64,000 nt of DNA from Mobula hypostoma (taxonomy: Eukaryota), in contig NC_086097.1 of assembly GCF_963921235.1 (NCBI RefSeq), positions 102,860,001 to 102,924,000 on the forward strand, read 5' to 3'. The notes under the pieces are model-generated. The model did no database searches and was not told where the DNA came from. It saw only the letters and a list, made by a program, of their open reading frames with translations. Made by a program: the position numbers and the translations under genes. Each line of letters starts with the position of its first letter. The stretch's first letter is position 1. Below are positions 49,167-62,285 of this stretch, in pieces.

Positions 49167-50243
49167 AGACAATCACAAGAGCCCATGGAATTACAGGAAA
49201 GTTACTAACATGGTTAGAGCATTGGCTGATTGGTAGGAGGCAGCAAGTGGCAGTAAGAGGATCCTTTTCTGGTTGGCTGCCAGTGACTAGTGGTGTTCCA
49301 CAGGGGTTGATGTTGGGACCACTTCTTTTTGTGCTGTATATCAATGATTTAGATGGTGGAATAGATGGCTTTGTTGCCAAGAATGCAGATGATACAAAGA
49401 TTGGTGGTGGGGCAGGTAGTGTTGAGGAATCAAGTAGGCTGCAGAAGGACTTAGACAGATTAGGAGAATGGGCAAGTGGCAAATGAAATAGAATGTTGGA
49501 AAGTGCATGGTCATGCACTTTGGTAGTGGAAATAAATGTGCAGATTATTTTCTAAACAGGGTGAAAATTCAAAAGTCTGAGATGCAAAGGGACTTGGGAG
49601 TCCTTGTGCAGAACTCCCTGAAGTTTAACTTGCAGGTTGAGTCGGTGGTGAGGAAGGCAAATGCAATGTTAGCGTTCGTTTTAAAAAGACTAGAATACAA
49701 GAGCAGAGATGTGATGCTCAGGCTTTGTAAGGCACTGCTTGAGTATTGTAATCAGTTTTGGGCCCCTCATCCTAGAAAAGGTGTGCTGACATTGAAGAGG
49801 CTCCAGAGGAGGTTTGTAAGGATGATTCCAGGAATGAAAGGGTTATCCTACGAGGATGGTTTGATGGCTTTGGGTCTGTACTCGCTGGAATTCAGAAGGA
49901 TCAGGGGAGATCTCATTGAAACCTTTTGAATGTTGAAAGGCCTAGACAGAGGACACAGCCTCAAGATAAAGCGGCATCCATTTAAAACAGAAATGTGGAG
50001 AAATTTCTCTAGCCAGAAGGTAGTGAATTTGTGGAATTTGTTACCACAGGCAGCTGTGAAAGCCAGGTCGTTGGGTATATTTAAGGCAGAGCTTGATAGG
50101 TTCTTGATTGGACATGGCATCAAAGATTACCAGGATAAGGCTGGGGAGTGGGGTTGAGGAGGGTCAGACTCAAATGGTGGAACAGACTCGATGGGCCAAA
50201 TGGTCTAATTCTGCTCCTATGTCTCATGGCCTTATGGTCTTAT
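49167..50243 (+). mobile_element. CR1 3' portion (RT to tail)
   Basis: GVPQGLMLGP, KNADDTK, RDLGV; tail tatggtcttat. Confidence 0.9.
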
Positions 50244-50399
50244 TAGTAATAGAGCACCAAAACTACTATTCTTTACTCCCACAATAAAGGACTGAACAAA
50301 GCCAGTCATTCTGTAGCGAAATCCTGCCAATTCCATTCCATAGCTCAGAAACAGTTTCTTCAGCCCACCAGTCCTCTCTGAACACCAAGCACCACTTGT

Positions 50400-50620
50400 A
50401 CAAATCCTTCACTAATCCTATATTTATCCACCCCACATTCCCATTAATTCATCTATGTTACAGGGATAACTCAGTATCCAATTAACCTCACAACCCGCAC
50501 ACTTGTGAGATGTGAAAGGACTGGAACACCCAGGGGAATTCTATACAGTCACGGGGAGAACATATTAACTGCACACAAACTTCACACAAGGTCAGGAATT
50601 AATCAGCATGCCACTAACTA
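50400..50620 (-). mobile_element. Degenerate V-SINE (HE1-like)
   Basis: Minus strand tgtgtgcagttaatatgttctccccgtgactg...cctgggtgttccagtcctttcacatc resembles the V-SINE core. Confidence 0.6.
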
Positions 50621-50678
50621 TCCCACTCTGTCCTAAGTATCTCTTGCCTGAAACCTTAAGTCTATACCTTCAACTTCA

Positions 50679-50877
50679 GCGACGGCACTGGTGCCAAGCT
50701 GTATGGGTCCTAATGCCCTTCCCTTGGACAACATCGGTGTCATGGAGAGGGGAGACTTGCAGCATGGGCAACAGCTGGTCTTCCATACAACCTTGCCCAG
50801 GCCTGAGGCCTGGAGAGTGAAGACTTTCCAGGTGCAGATCCATGGTCTCGCAAGACTAACGGATGCCTTTACTTTAC
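50679..50877 (+). mobile_element. SINE 3' half with an RTE/BovA-like tail
   Basis: gggcaac...cttgcccagg...tccatggtctcgcaagactaacggatgcc(tttac)n. Confidence 0.5.
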
Positions 50878-51329
50878 ACCTTCAACTGATGGAAACTGTT
50901 TACTTTGCTCATCTCATTCAAGCATGTTATAATCTTGTACACTACTATCAAATCTCTTCCCAACCTTCTATTCTCCAATGAGAACACCCCCAGTTCCTCT
51001 GGTCAAAGTTGAGTTTAGCATCATAATCACAAGGATATCTGCACAGGTGTAATGAGAACCTTACTTGCAGCATCATATAAACAGCATTCACAAGAAGAAC
51101 ATTCATTAAACATAAATTGCCCACAAGATTTACAGGAAAGAACCCAAATGGAATGAAATAAAAATTCAATTTTAGTGCAAAGTGTTGCACTATAGTGACT
51201 GGGGCTGTGCCTGCTATCCCCTCTAGTGCAGCGGCGCAGTAACTGAAATGCTCCCACGCACATCGCCTTCAGAGCGCCACACAGTTCTCAGGTAGTGTAA
51301 ACATTTCTTGCAATGGTTAGTCCGCACAG

Positions 51330-51865
51330 CAGTAGAAAAAAATTCGAGGGAACATTGATTGTGCTAGTTGATTCAAGAACCAAATGGTTGAAAGGAAGTA
51401 GCTGTAATTGAAACTGGTGATAGGAAACCTCAGACTTCTGTTCTTCCTGATCAATGGTAATTCTGAGATGACATGGCCCAGATAGTAGGAGTTTTTGATG
51501 ATATTGTCTTCTTGAGGTGGCATCCTCTGTAGGTGGAGGGGTAGGATGTGAGCATGGTATATTGGGCTGAATGCACTACCCTTTGCAATTTCTTATGTTC
51601 CTGCACATCTGAGTTGCCATATCAGACTGTATCGCATCCAGTCAATTTCTGTAAACTATACATCTGTTTGTTAGAGTGTTTGGTGACATGTTGAACCTCT
51701 TTAACCATCTGAGAAAGTCGAGATGTTGGCATGCCTTCCTTGTGATTGCAATCTCTGTGCTGGGCTCAGGACTTCATCCTTGATAGTAATGCCCAGGAAG
51801 TTAAACTGCTGACTCTCTTCATCCCTGATCCCCCAGTAGAGATTGATGTGTGCTTACCCTTCTTC
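51330..51865 (-). mobile_element. Old Rex1/Babar-type LINE fragment
   Basis: Reverse-strand similarity to 30700-30850 and 31560-31930 (atcacaaggaaggcatgccaacatct; accatttggttcttgaatca). Confidence 0.65.
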
Positions 51866-51868
51866 CCT

Positions 51869-52482
51869 GGCCATTCCGAATGAATATCAATATGTGTAAC
51901 TAGGGGGGGGCCGTGCATCAATCTGGATTTGATGGGGACAGCTGTGAAGCACGGAGGAACATCTGGAGCAACTTCTGAAATGCCTGCTTTGCTGCCGCTG
52001 CTACTGTGCGATCGAGAATCTCCGGAGACGTAGGCCCCAAATCCTCGGCTTTGCATATCGCCTAATGCCGGGGCTGGGGTCAAAACGCTCGGCAGAGATG
52101 GTGCTCGGTGCATCGATGTCGGGAGGTGGTTGGAGGCTCGGAGCTTTTCGGATGGACTCAGAGTCGGACTGTGGTCGGATGCTTCCGGGATGCTGCATCG
52201 GCAAGTTGGCGGCGCTGGGGGTTTACCGACTGCGTGAGATGATGGGACTTTCAGAGACTCCGAGACTTTTACTGTCCCATGGTCTGTTCTTATCAAATTA
52301 CAGCATTGCTTTGCACTGTTGTAACTATATGCTATAATTATGTGTTTTTTGTTAGTTTTTATGTCGGTTTGTCATGTATTTTCGTGATATCATTCTGGAA
52401 AAACATTTTTATCATTTCTTAATGCATGCATTACTGAATGACAATAAAAGGGGACTGCGTGTCGTGTCCTCATAATCATAAT
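51869..52482 (+). mobile_element. Family A retroposon, slightly 5'-truncated copy
   Basis: Collinear with the reverse complement of 20734-21345; tail (CATAAT)2. Confidence 0.85.
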
Positions 52483-53111
52483 GACAATAATATCGTCAAC
52501 AATCAGTTACTGAGTTTTACTGATAGTGATCAAGAAGTTGTTGTTGCTCAAACCAATCTTTGTAATTGAATTCTTTCATCGCTGGAGCCAACCTGATAAA
52601 TCTTCTCCAGAACCATCAAGGGACCTCATATCCTTTCTGAAGTGCGAGATTACCTCTGGAACAAATATCCTATTGGTAGATTAGTGGTGTTTCAGTATAA
52701 CTTCCTTGCTACATATCCTTAATTTAAGAAGTCCAGCAATCCATATGATCTGCCAGCTATCCTCTCGCTAATTCTGTCACTTTGAAAGATCTATACATGT
52801 GACCACAGCTCCCGCTGATACTCCGTGCTTTTTACAATCAGGTCATTGTCCACATTGCCTCTCTCCATCACTTTGCCAGATTCCATCACCCGGCTTTGCA
52901 TGTACTTTCTCAGTACTGTTACGGGCAAACAGTCATCTGGGCCATACACTCTGGAAATCCCTACCGGAAATTTCTTGCCTCTCCTGTCCTACCTGCTGGA
53001 CCAAACTTTAAGTCAAATATATTTCCTCTTTTGCCTCTGTGTCAATTTTTTGTCAAATCATACCGCCTGAAGCTCATTGAATTATTCTACAAGAAAAGAT
53101 TGTATATAAAT

Positions 53112-53948
53112 TGTTACATACCCCGTAACTGGGTTGCCAAACCAGCAGAAATGGACCACTCGTTGGAGTCTGGATTACTAGGAACTAATGAAGTTTTGCT
53201 AAAGAAATAAGTAACACAGTACTCTAATCGTAAGGATATAAATGCAGCAAGTTTGCAATGATAATACACACATGTACACAGAACTAGGGTAATAGGAATC
53301 AACCAAGCTCTATCGCAGTCTAGGGGTAGAATGATCAGTCTTAAGTGACGCAGAATTCAGTTCAGCTTAGTACAGTTCGCAGTAATCGCTGTTGTGCCGT
53401 TGGAGAGAGGGGGAGGGGATGCAATTTGGTTCAGTCAGACCTTTGATGTCCCCACAGTTGGTTTCGGGCAGACCCTTTTTGATGTCTTCTATTCCGCTGT
53501 GGTCACTGACTATGACCCCTCCGTTCCGGATACGATTGTTCTTCCATGGCAAACCTGGCACCCAGGCAAGGGCGGACACACACACCAGGTTCCCACTGAT
53601 CGTACCTTTACATCCTGTGAGCCTATGGTCGGTTCCTGCGAACCGGACCTCCAAACTCCTACCAACTTGTGGAGGCACACCGCACTTCCAGGGTCTCGTT
53701 ACCTCGTGGTCTCGTGGTGTACCGTGCCTTAGCGAACCTGTTCTTTTTACCCCCCTGCTGGGGTGTCGCCTGTCCATCAAACTTCAAACAGTTCAGGTTC
53801 AAAGCAACCAGTCTGTCAATATTCTGAAATGTGTTTCTTTTCCGTTAATCCCTCTCTCCTCTCTTATTAGCATTTTGAATGTTTCTCCATTGTCTCTCTT
53901 ATCTCTCTCATTAGCATCAATTGTCCGATAGCTTTGTTTGGCATCACA
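53112..53948. mobile_element. Solo LTR (837 bp)
   Basis: TGT...ACA termini; 4-bp TSD AAAT (53108-53111, 53949-53952). Confidence 0.85.
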
Positions 53949-54959
53949 AAATGCAGGTTGTTGGCATGATTGATCTGAAGTTGCAATGTCTGACAACATA
54001 CTATAGTCTGAGAAATGGTTTTGTCCCTGCCCTTTGGCCCACAGCTGGAAAGTACAGATGTACATGCGTACAGTACTGTGCAAGATTCAAAGATACATAT
54101 AGTGTCCATGACTTTTGCACAGTACTGTATAGTATGTACATCGTAACTAGGATGCCTTTGTCAACGTGGAGCAGAGAGCGAGTTTGTAAATCTGGAGGGA
54201 GCAAAGGATGTTGGAATGGTGAAGGTGGTGTGCCACAGGAGGGTTGTTGGGCAGTTGACTGAGAAGGAATGCCAGGGGTGAGGGTTTGGCACAGTTGAAG
54301 ACACATCCAGCCCTGCGACACCAGGCAAGGTCATTTGATTCCAAACAGTTGGTTTATTGATCAATATCGAAGGTCTCTGTGGTGCTTCGTGCTTCCTCCT
54401 TCTCCTTTCTCCTTTTCCCAACTGTGATACCCCTCTCCCTGCCTCCTTCCCACTCTTAGTCCACAATAGAAGCCCATATTAGAATCAGATTTATCATCAC
54501 TCACATATATCAGGACATTTGTTTTATTTTGTGGCAGCAGTACAGTGCAATACATAAAATTATCACAGTACTGTGCAAAAGTCTTAGGGACTCTAGTACA
54601 TTATGGTCATTTTCAACACATCCCTTCCCTGCCTTCTTTCCTATTGAATACTAGCTTTATCTCACTTACCCACTACTGTTGCAGGTTTGCAGACCCTAAA
54701 CGTTAACTGTTTCTCCTTCCACAGAAGCTTGCTGACCTGCTGAGTATTTCCAGCATTTTCAGCATTTTCAGATTCTATTTCACATTTTTGGCAGCTGTAG
54801 TTCTTCTCTGATTTGCAATATGGCCAGCGTTCAAGAATGTTGAAAGTTCTCTTAGGTAGTGTACAGAATCATATTTCCTCTTGCTAAACATAAGAGAATA
54901 TAAGAAAATATATGGAAATGTCTCTATTAAATTGTTTGTGAGGAGATTCTAGATGGTTA

Positions 54960-55140
54960 GGATGGGAAGGTCATGTAGTAGTTAGCCAGATTAAATTCTG
55001 CCACTTTCTGTAAGGAGCTTGTATGTTCTCCCTATGACAGCATGGATTTCTTCCAGATGCTCCAGCTTCCTCCCACACTCCAAGGCGATATGAGTTAGTG
55101 AGCTAATTGGTCACGTGTGTAACAGGTAGTGTGGGCTATC
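54960..55140 (+). mobile_element. V-SINE (HE1-like)
   Basis: ctgtaaggagcttgtatgttctccctatgacagcatggatttcttccagatgctccagcttcctcccacactccaa is the V-SINE core. Confidence 0.75.
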
Positions 55141-55522
55141 AGTAAAACATATATGTTTGATTATGTAACATTAACTTGATACGCCAGCGTAAATCAGTTG
55201 ATGGCAAATATCAGCTCTCACTATTTTAATTCCCAATGACTTGAACTAGCTGGTTCAAGATCCACCCAGGGACTTGTGCACAAGGCTGATATTTCAGCAC
55301 AAGAGTTGCAACTCCAGAACAATACAAAACACTTCCTAGATTATGCAGCCTGTGTGAAGTAAAAACAGAGAGGGTGGAAACACTCAGTAAGTTTACAGTG
55401 TCTGGAGGATATTATTTTAGTATTTTTCAGTTTTTCTTGTGTGTGTGGAATCTCTCTGGCAAGAATCCAGATGCTAATGATTTTTCACAAACAAGAGAAA
55501 ATTTGCAAATTCTGGAAATCTG

Positions 55523-55684
55523 AGCAACACACACAAAATGCTGGAGGAACTCAGCAGGACAGGCAGCATCTATGGAAAAGAGTACAGTTGATGTTTTGGG
55601 CCGAGACCCGAAACGTCAACTGTACTTTTTTTCCTATATGCTGCCTGGCCTGCTGAGCTCCTCCAGCATTTAGTGTGTGTTGCT
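55523..55684. repeat. Fold-back palindrome of two Penelope pLTR halves
   Basis: ~78-bp inverted arms around GGG-CCGAGA-CCC. Confidence 0.9.
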
Positions 55685-56889
55685 AAAGATTTTTGTTGTT
55701 CTTAAACTCTTCCAGTTGAGGCAAAAATATCAATGAGCTGAAGTGCATAGTCCATTTCTTGGTCACCATATTGCCTGAGCCCTGAGAATTTTCCAGCATT
55801 TTCAGTTCATTTCAGAATTCCTGTATCTGTGGGTTTAAAAGTAGAATCACTATCGTCATTCTGGGCTGTGCACAGAAGAACCCAATTGCAATGTTTTAGT
55901 GACTAAAGACTGCTTTAATTGCTGTTAGTCAAAGGACAAATATCGTAAGAGACTTTGAGGAGAACTTATGAGACTTCTTCAGAAGTATTTTGCTCACTAT
56001 CTCAGCTTTAAAATAGCCTCAGGATTGTAAGAAACACTATCCTTGTTTCCTTTGTCTTCCAACGACTGTGGCCTGACCAGCCTAGTATTTCTAGCATTTT
56101 CTGTTATTACTTTCACCATTAAGAAGGCAGACAGTACCTCTGTTTCACATCGCTTTGGAAGACAGCACCTCCATCTGTTTTACACAGGAGTTTCACCTTC
56201 AATTTTAGGAAAGGAGCTTGAACCCAAGATCTTTCACCCCTATGATTTAATAGGAAGTTTTATCTGGCATATGGATGAAAATAAACAATGAGTTCATTGT
56301 CTGAAAGGGGGTGAATTTATGGAGTGTGCACAAATTAGCTTTCTGTGACAAATGCCCTGCCCTGAAACCATAAGGGAGAATAGAACAGTGTAACAGTTTT
56401 AGTTAGTAGTCCAGAAGTATGTGAACATTTATCTAATAGTTTTCAAAATATGCCAGAATTCAACATGGTATTTGAGAGGGACAAAACGTGAAACGATGAA
56501 TCAGAGACTATCATTGAAAACCTGGGAAATTTGCTAAATTTAAAGGAATATCGGTAAGAAAAACATCAGTGAGACACAGAACAAGTTTATATCCAAGAGC
56601 AAAGAAAGTTCCATTTTCAAAAAGTACTTAGTTGTTGAGGAATGAAGAGATAATGCACAATATAAAACTTTTTAAAAATTGAGAGAGAAGACCTGCAGTT
56701 GGGAGAGAGACGTGGATGAGTAAGAAGCATCAAGACAGGTAGTGAGAACAACTTAAAGTAGAGCTTCAAAGGAAACTTGAAAAATAAAATTAAATGAATG
56801 AAGTTGAATAATTACTTTGCATCAGTATTTATAGAGATTGAGGAAAGCTTCCTTGAAGATCCTGAAAATACAGATTTTGAATTTAGAGT

Positions 56890-57345
56890 CACAGAGCATC
56901 AAGAAATACAACAGGATTACAGGCCTTTCAGCCCAATCAGTCCATGCTAAACACTTTGCTCTTTACCCACCAACCTCCGCGTGAAGAAGTTGCCCCTTGG
57001 GATCTTATTAAGTCTTTCCCCTTTCACCATAAACCTAAGCCCCTTAGGTCTGGGCTCACCTAACCTTGGGAAAAGGCCATACGGTCCACCATGCCTCTTG
57101 TAATTTTAAACACTTCTATGAGTTCACCCCTCACAGTCCGACGTTCCAAGGAATAAAGACCCAGTCTGGCTAACCTCTTCCTATAACTCGGGTTTTTTGA
57201 TTCTGACAACATTCTCACGAATCTTTTCTGCACTCTTCAATGTAACTATGTCTTTCCTATAATTCAAAACCAAAACTCTACACAGTATGCCAAGTGCAGC
57301 CTCACCAATGACTTGTACAACTGCAACATTATGTCCCAACTCCCA
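56890..57345 (-). mobile_element. CR1 3' fragment
   Basis: gtgaagaagttgcccc...ccaaggaataaagacccag...ccaagtgcagcctcacc. Confidence 0.7.
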
Positions 57346-57889
57346 AGGATGAGATAGTTTCCAGGACCTCATTTCCAGGTGAACATTTTAGTTACACTTC
57401 CTGTGATTTTCCAAAGCTCTCCCTATTTTTTGTTCTGCTCCTTCAGACTGGAAAATTGCGCACACTGATTTTCTCTTTAAGAAAGGAGATAGGAAAACTG
57501 GGGAACTATTGAACAGTTAGCCTAACATCAGTTGTTGGAGGAGACTAAATGATAATTAAGATCAAAATGCCTCAAAGGAGCTGATTTAATAGAAAAAGGC
57601 AGCAAGAAAGTGTAAAGGATAGGTGTTTTTAGATAAACTTGTTGAAATTGTTGTAAAGGTAACAAAAGCAATGGACAGGGAAACACCTATGGATGATCTT
57701 ATAAGAATTTCCAAAAGGTATTTGATGAAGTCCCTCATTAGATGTTGCCAACTGAAAGTGAAGCTGAATTAATAATATAATTACTGTGAAGTCTGCGATG
57801 ATGTCACCTTATGACAAAGTATGTAGGACCTATGGCACTCTGGACTGCAGAGGGTGCTCTGATGGTTTGATATGGAGCAGGTGCATTTA

Positions 57890-59518
57890 AAAGGCCAGCA
57901 GAAGTAGATTCTCTCTAGTCACTCCTCACCAGTCAGAAGGACCTTGATGTTTGTGAGTGCATTAGGCAGATATTTTTGAACATCTGAATGAAAAGAAAGC
58001 GAATGTGCAGGAACTTTTGAAAAACATTGGGATGGATAGGTCACAGGGCCAGATGAGATATACCATAGGTTACAATGGGAAGTGAGGGAAGAGATTGATA
58101 CACCCTTGGCAATTATCTTTGCATCCTCACTGGCCATAGGAGTAGTACCAGATAATTGGAGGAAGGCAAATGTATTCATTTGTTCAAAAAAGGGAGTACA
58201 CTGGGAATTATAGACCAGTGAGTCTTACTTCAGTGAAACAAATTATTAGAAAAAATCCAACATGGCTTTGTGAGGGGCAGGTCATGCCTCAAGAGCCTGA
58301 TTGAATTCTTTGAGAATGTGACAAAGCACAATGATGAAAATAGAGCAGTGGATGAGGAGTATATGAATTTCATTAAGGTGCTTGATAACGTTCCACATGG
58401 TAGGCTCACTCAGAAAGTCAAGAGGTATGAGATCTAGGGAAACTTGGCTGTGTGGATGCAGAGTTGGTTTGCCCACAGATGGAGCAGATTCTGACCAGTG
58501 ATGTCCCACAGGGATCTGTTCTGGGACCCCTGCTCCTTGTCAATTTTATAAATGATTTGGATGAGGAAGTGGAAGGGTGGGTTAGTAAGCTTGCATATGA
58601 AATGAACAATGGTGGAGCTGTGGGTAGTGTGGAGGCTTGTAAGTTACAACAGGACATTGACAGGATGCAGAGCTGGACTGAGAAGTGGCAGATGGAGTTC
58701 AATCTGGAAAAGTGTGAAGGTCGAATTTGTAGGCAGAATACAGAGTTAATGGCAGGATTTTTGGCAGTGTGGAAGAACCGAGGGATTGTGGGATCCACAC
58801 CCATAGATCCTCAAAGTTGTCATGTAAATTGATGTGGTTGGTAAGAAGGCATACGGTGTGTTGGCCTTTATTAGTCATGGAATTGAGTTCAAGAGTCACG
58901 AGGTAATGTTTCAGTTGTATAAAATTCTGCTTAGACCACTCTTGGAATATTGTGCTCAGTTCTGATCAATGGCAATGGAAGCTTTGGGGAGGGGACAGAG
59001 GAGATTTACCAGGATGTTGCCTGGAGTAGAGGGCACATCTTATGAAGCTAGTTTGAGCAAGCTAGGGCTTTTAAGACCTTAAGATATAAGAGTAGATTTA
59101 GGTCATTTAACTCATCGAGTCTGCTCAGCCATTCTCTCTTTGGAATGAAGGAGGGTATGGGGTGACTTGATAGAGCTGTACAAGACCTTTAGAGACATAA
59201 TATGGATAGCTAGAGACTTTTTCCAAGGGCAGAAATGTCTAATACAAGTGGGCAAAATTGTAAGGTGATTGGAAGAAAGTATAGGAGGAATGTCAGAGGC
59301 ATTTTGTTAAACAGAGAGTGGTGGGCACATGGAACACCCTGCCAGGAGGTGGAGGTGGTGGTAATGCAGCTATATAGTGGCTTTTAAAATAGAGCATGGA
59401 TGATAGAAAAATGAATGGCTGTGTTGGAGTGAAGGGCTATGTTGATAGTAGGTTAAAGAGTCAGCACAGCATTGTGGGCCGAAGGGCCTGTACTGTGCTG
59501 TAATGTTCTATGTTCTAA
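57890..59518 (+). mobile_element. Decayed CR1 (ORF2 RT to tail)
   Basis: aattatagaccagtgagtcttac (NYRPVSL), [10 protein letters not shown]; tail gttctatgttcta. Confidence 0.88.
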
Positions 59519-61182
59519 TTCCTCTTGAAAACTTCAACTAAACCACCCTTGTCTGGCCAAAGTCTGAGAAATATACTGAAATTCACTGAGTGCAGGTATC
59601 ATTTTTGGAAATTGGTGCTGCCATCCCTCCAAGGTAATCTCTCCTTTGTTGGATGTAGTGCCGGGATCTGCACTCAAGGTGTGGTCTAACCAGGGTCTTA
59701 TTACAGCACTATTCCACCCCTCTTGTGTTCCAGTCACTTTATGATCTTTTCTTTACTATCCATGACAGTTTGGTGGTATATGCAGACATGTCAGTTCATA
59801 TTTGTAGCATTGAAATCCACTTGCTATTGGATCTTCTACACACCGAATCTATTAATATGTTGAATGTTTCCATTCAGGTTACTTGCAAATACTTGCAAAG
59901 TTGCCCTTTTAGTGTTGTCGGCAAATTCAGCCACATGACTGCTTTTCACCTCATTATCTGATTGTTATTGAATAATTGCTGACTTGACCTAGCTTCTTGA
60001 GGATAACATTAGTGCCTATGTGACAATCTTCCCGTGTGCTCACTCTATACTTGTTACTTGGCTAATTTCCTGACCAAGTCAATAATCAATTCAGATGCAA
60101 AGGCCTTTGGCATCATCTGTATTGTTATCAAGAAGGTTCCCTATCACAGATCCCACAGAATGCTCCCATAACTTTAAGCGAGATGTCTTTTTATTCACTC
60201 AAACACAGCAGTGGCAAAACAGTAGTTGCAACGCATTTTGCCGAGAGCTGTTTGAGGCAATAGGAGCTTCACATTGCCAGCGAGGATGCAGTCTTATGGC
60301 TTGGTGACTATATGCATATGGCCTGACCAGAGATCTAGGAAAAGGAGCACAGTCTGAAAGTTAGGCTGGGCCTTTCAGGAATGAAGTTGAGAAATAAGCA
60401 AGGATGATGGGAATCTGAAACTTCCTCTCACAAATGGTCATTGGCAGCAAGTACATAGTTAATTTTAAATCTGGGATAGAGAGATTTCCCACAGGTATTG
60501 TTAGAGAGTCCTGGTCTCCTTGTTGAATAATTATTGCATCATCAACAATCAGGTCAACATAATAGCACTGTGGCTATCTTCTTGCCTCTCAGCACCAAAG
60601 GTCCAGGTTACATCCCGGTCATGGGTGCTGTCGATGTGGTCTTTACACCTTCTCTGTGGTCAAACTTGTACAAGTTGTTAGTCTGATTGGCTAGTGAAAT
60701 TTGTTTGTCATGTAGGTGATAGCAAGAGAATATGGGGAGATAGATGATTGGGATGCAAGAGGGAATGTGGGATTAGATGGCTGCTTTTTGTTTGAATTGA
60801 ACATGGTCAAGCAAAGCACTGTTTCCTCTGATATCCGATTCCATTCAATAATTTATACATTTGCCATTGAAAGATACTGTTCCACATTAGAGATTTAGGA
60901 AACACCAACACATGATTTTATTTTACATCTTGCAATATGCCTTGCAAAAATGTCTTCTTTACATCTTGCAAAGATGTCTTCTCCACTAAAGCTATTAATT
61001 CTATTCATCTTGAATCCAAGAGAATAGAACATTTCATCACTGTAAAGGAATTGACATGACCTTTATTCAGAGCTGTCTCTGCACCAGTAATTCTCTAGCT
61101 GAGGACTTTGTTTCTGAGAGCTCTGGCAAATTTCTTTTCCATCTGTTCATCAGTTTTCTAAGTAGTATGAATGTGTTTCCTA

Positions 61183-61960
61183 TTCAATAGTTCCATTTAA
61201 TATCAGAGAAATGTATACAATTTACATCCTGAAATTCTTTTTCTTCACAGACATCCACAAAAACAGAAGAGTGCCCTAAACAATGAGTGACAGTTAAAAT
61301 ATTAGAACCCCAAAGCCCCCCTACTCCCCCCCATGAAAAGCAACAACCCTCCCCTACCCCAACCATTTCCACAAAAAAGCATCAGCACCCTCCACCCACC
61401 AAGCAGGCCCCCAATAAAGACCATGATCTGCAGTACAACAAAAACTAATTGTTCACCAAACAATTCGACCTGCCACAGGCTCTCTCTCCCTAATAAAGGG
61501 AAAAAGAGGTGTCCCCTTTCACAGTGGGGAGGGGGGGGCCATCGCAAAACAATGAGCTGATTTACAGTGTTGAAAGTCTGTTGCATGGCTTTTCTCCCCC
61601 AAGTTCTGTGACCTGAGAATCAGCAACAATCTCTCACCTTCTCAGCAACAGAGAGAGAAAGATAAGGACAGAGCACAACTCACCAAGAACACAGTCTCCG
61701 ACAGCTGATCCGCTGTTTCCGATGTTCCGTTCTCTCCTGCGGCACCTCAGTCAACGGCACCGGCATAGAATCAGCCTGTTCACAAGGCTGAAAAACCTTG
61801 GGAGCAGATCCTACCACCGCAAAGAACTGAAGTCTGAGCATAACTCCAGGTCAGAATCCCATCCACCTTGAAAGTGAAAAGGAGAGACGCCAAAGGCAGA
61901 AATTAAGTGGTTTTCGTGAATGAACACAAAGGAGTCGTAATTTAGCGTCATCGTTACTCC
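61183..61960 (-). mobile_element. Non-autonomous retroposon, family B
   Basis: Head GATGACGCTAAATTACGACTCCTTTG; tail gaatttcaggatgtaaattgtatacatttctctgatattaaatggaactattgaa. Confidence 0.75.
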
Positions 61961-62285
61961 ATCTCAAACCTTTCTTGTGCCAAACCTTTTTAAAGTGTAC
62001 TCAACACGTTTTACAGCCTTAGAAGGGAAACAAATTTAGGGATTTATTTCACATGATACATTATAGAAATGGGTCATTTGGCACAAAAAGTCTCCCCTGG
62101 TGTTTAGACCCCATACAAGCCTTCCCTCAGACAAGATCATGTCACCCTCTCTAATCATTTGTAATTACATGACAAACATACTGGGTCAAAGCATTAAACA
62201 CTGCACTTTGACTATTACATAGTGAGTTGTAGAGTCATACAGTACAGGAGCAGGTCCTTTGGCTCATCCTGTTTGTGCTAACTAC

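Noticed and set aside
59520..61180. Additional host gene exons in low-repeat stretches (also 46940-47840, 52490-53100, 55700-56420)
   Set aside because: No ORF with recognisable homology or consistent splice structure.
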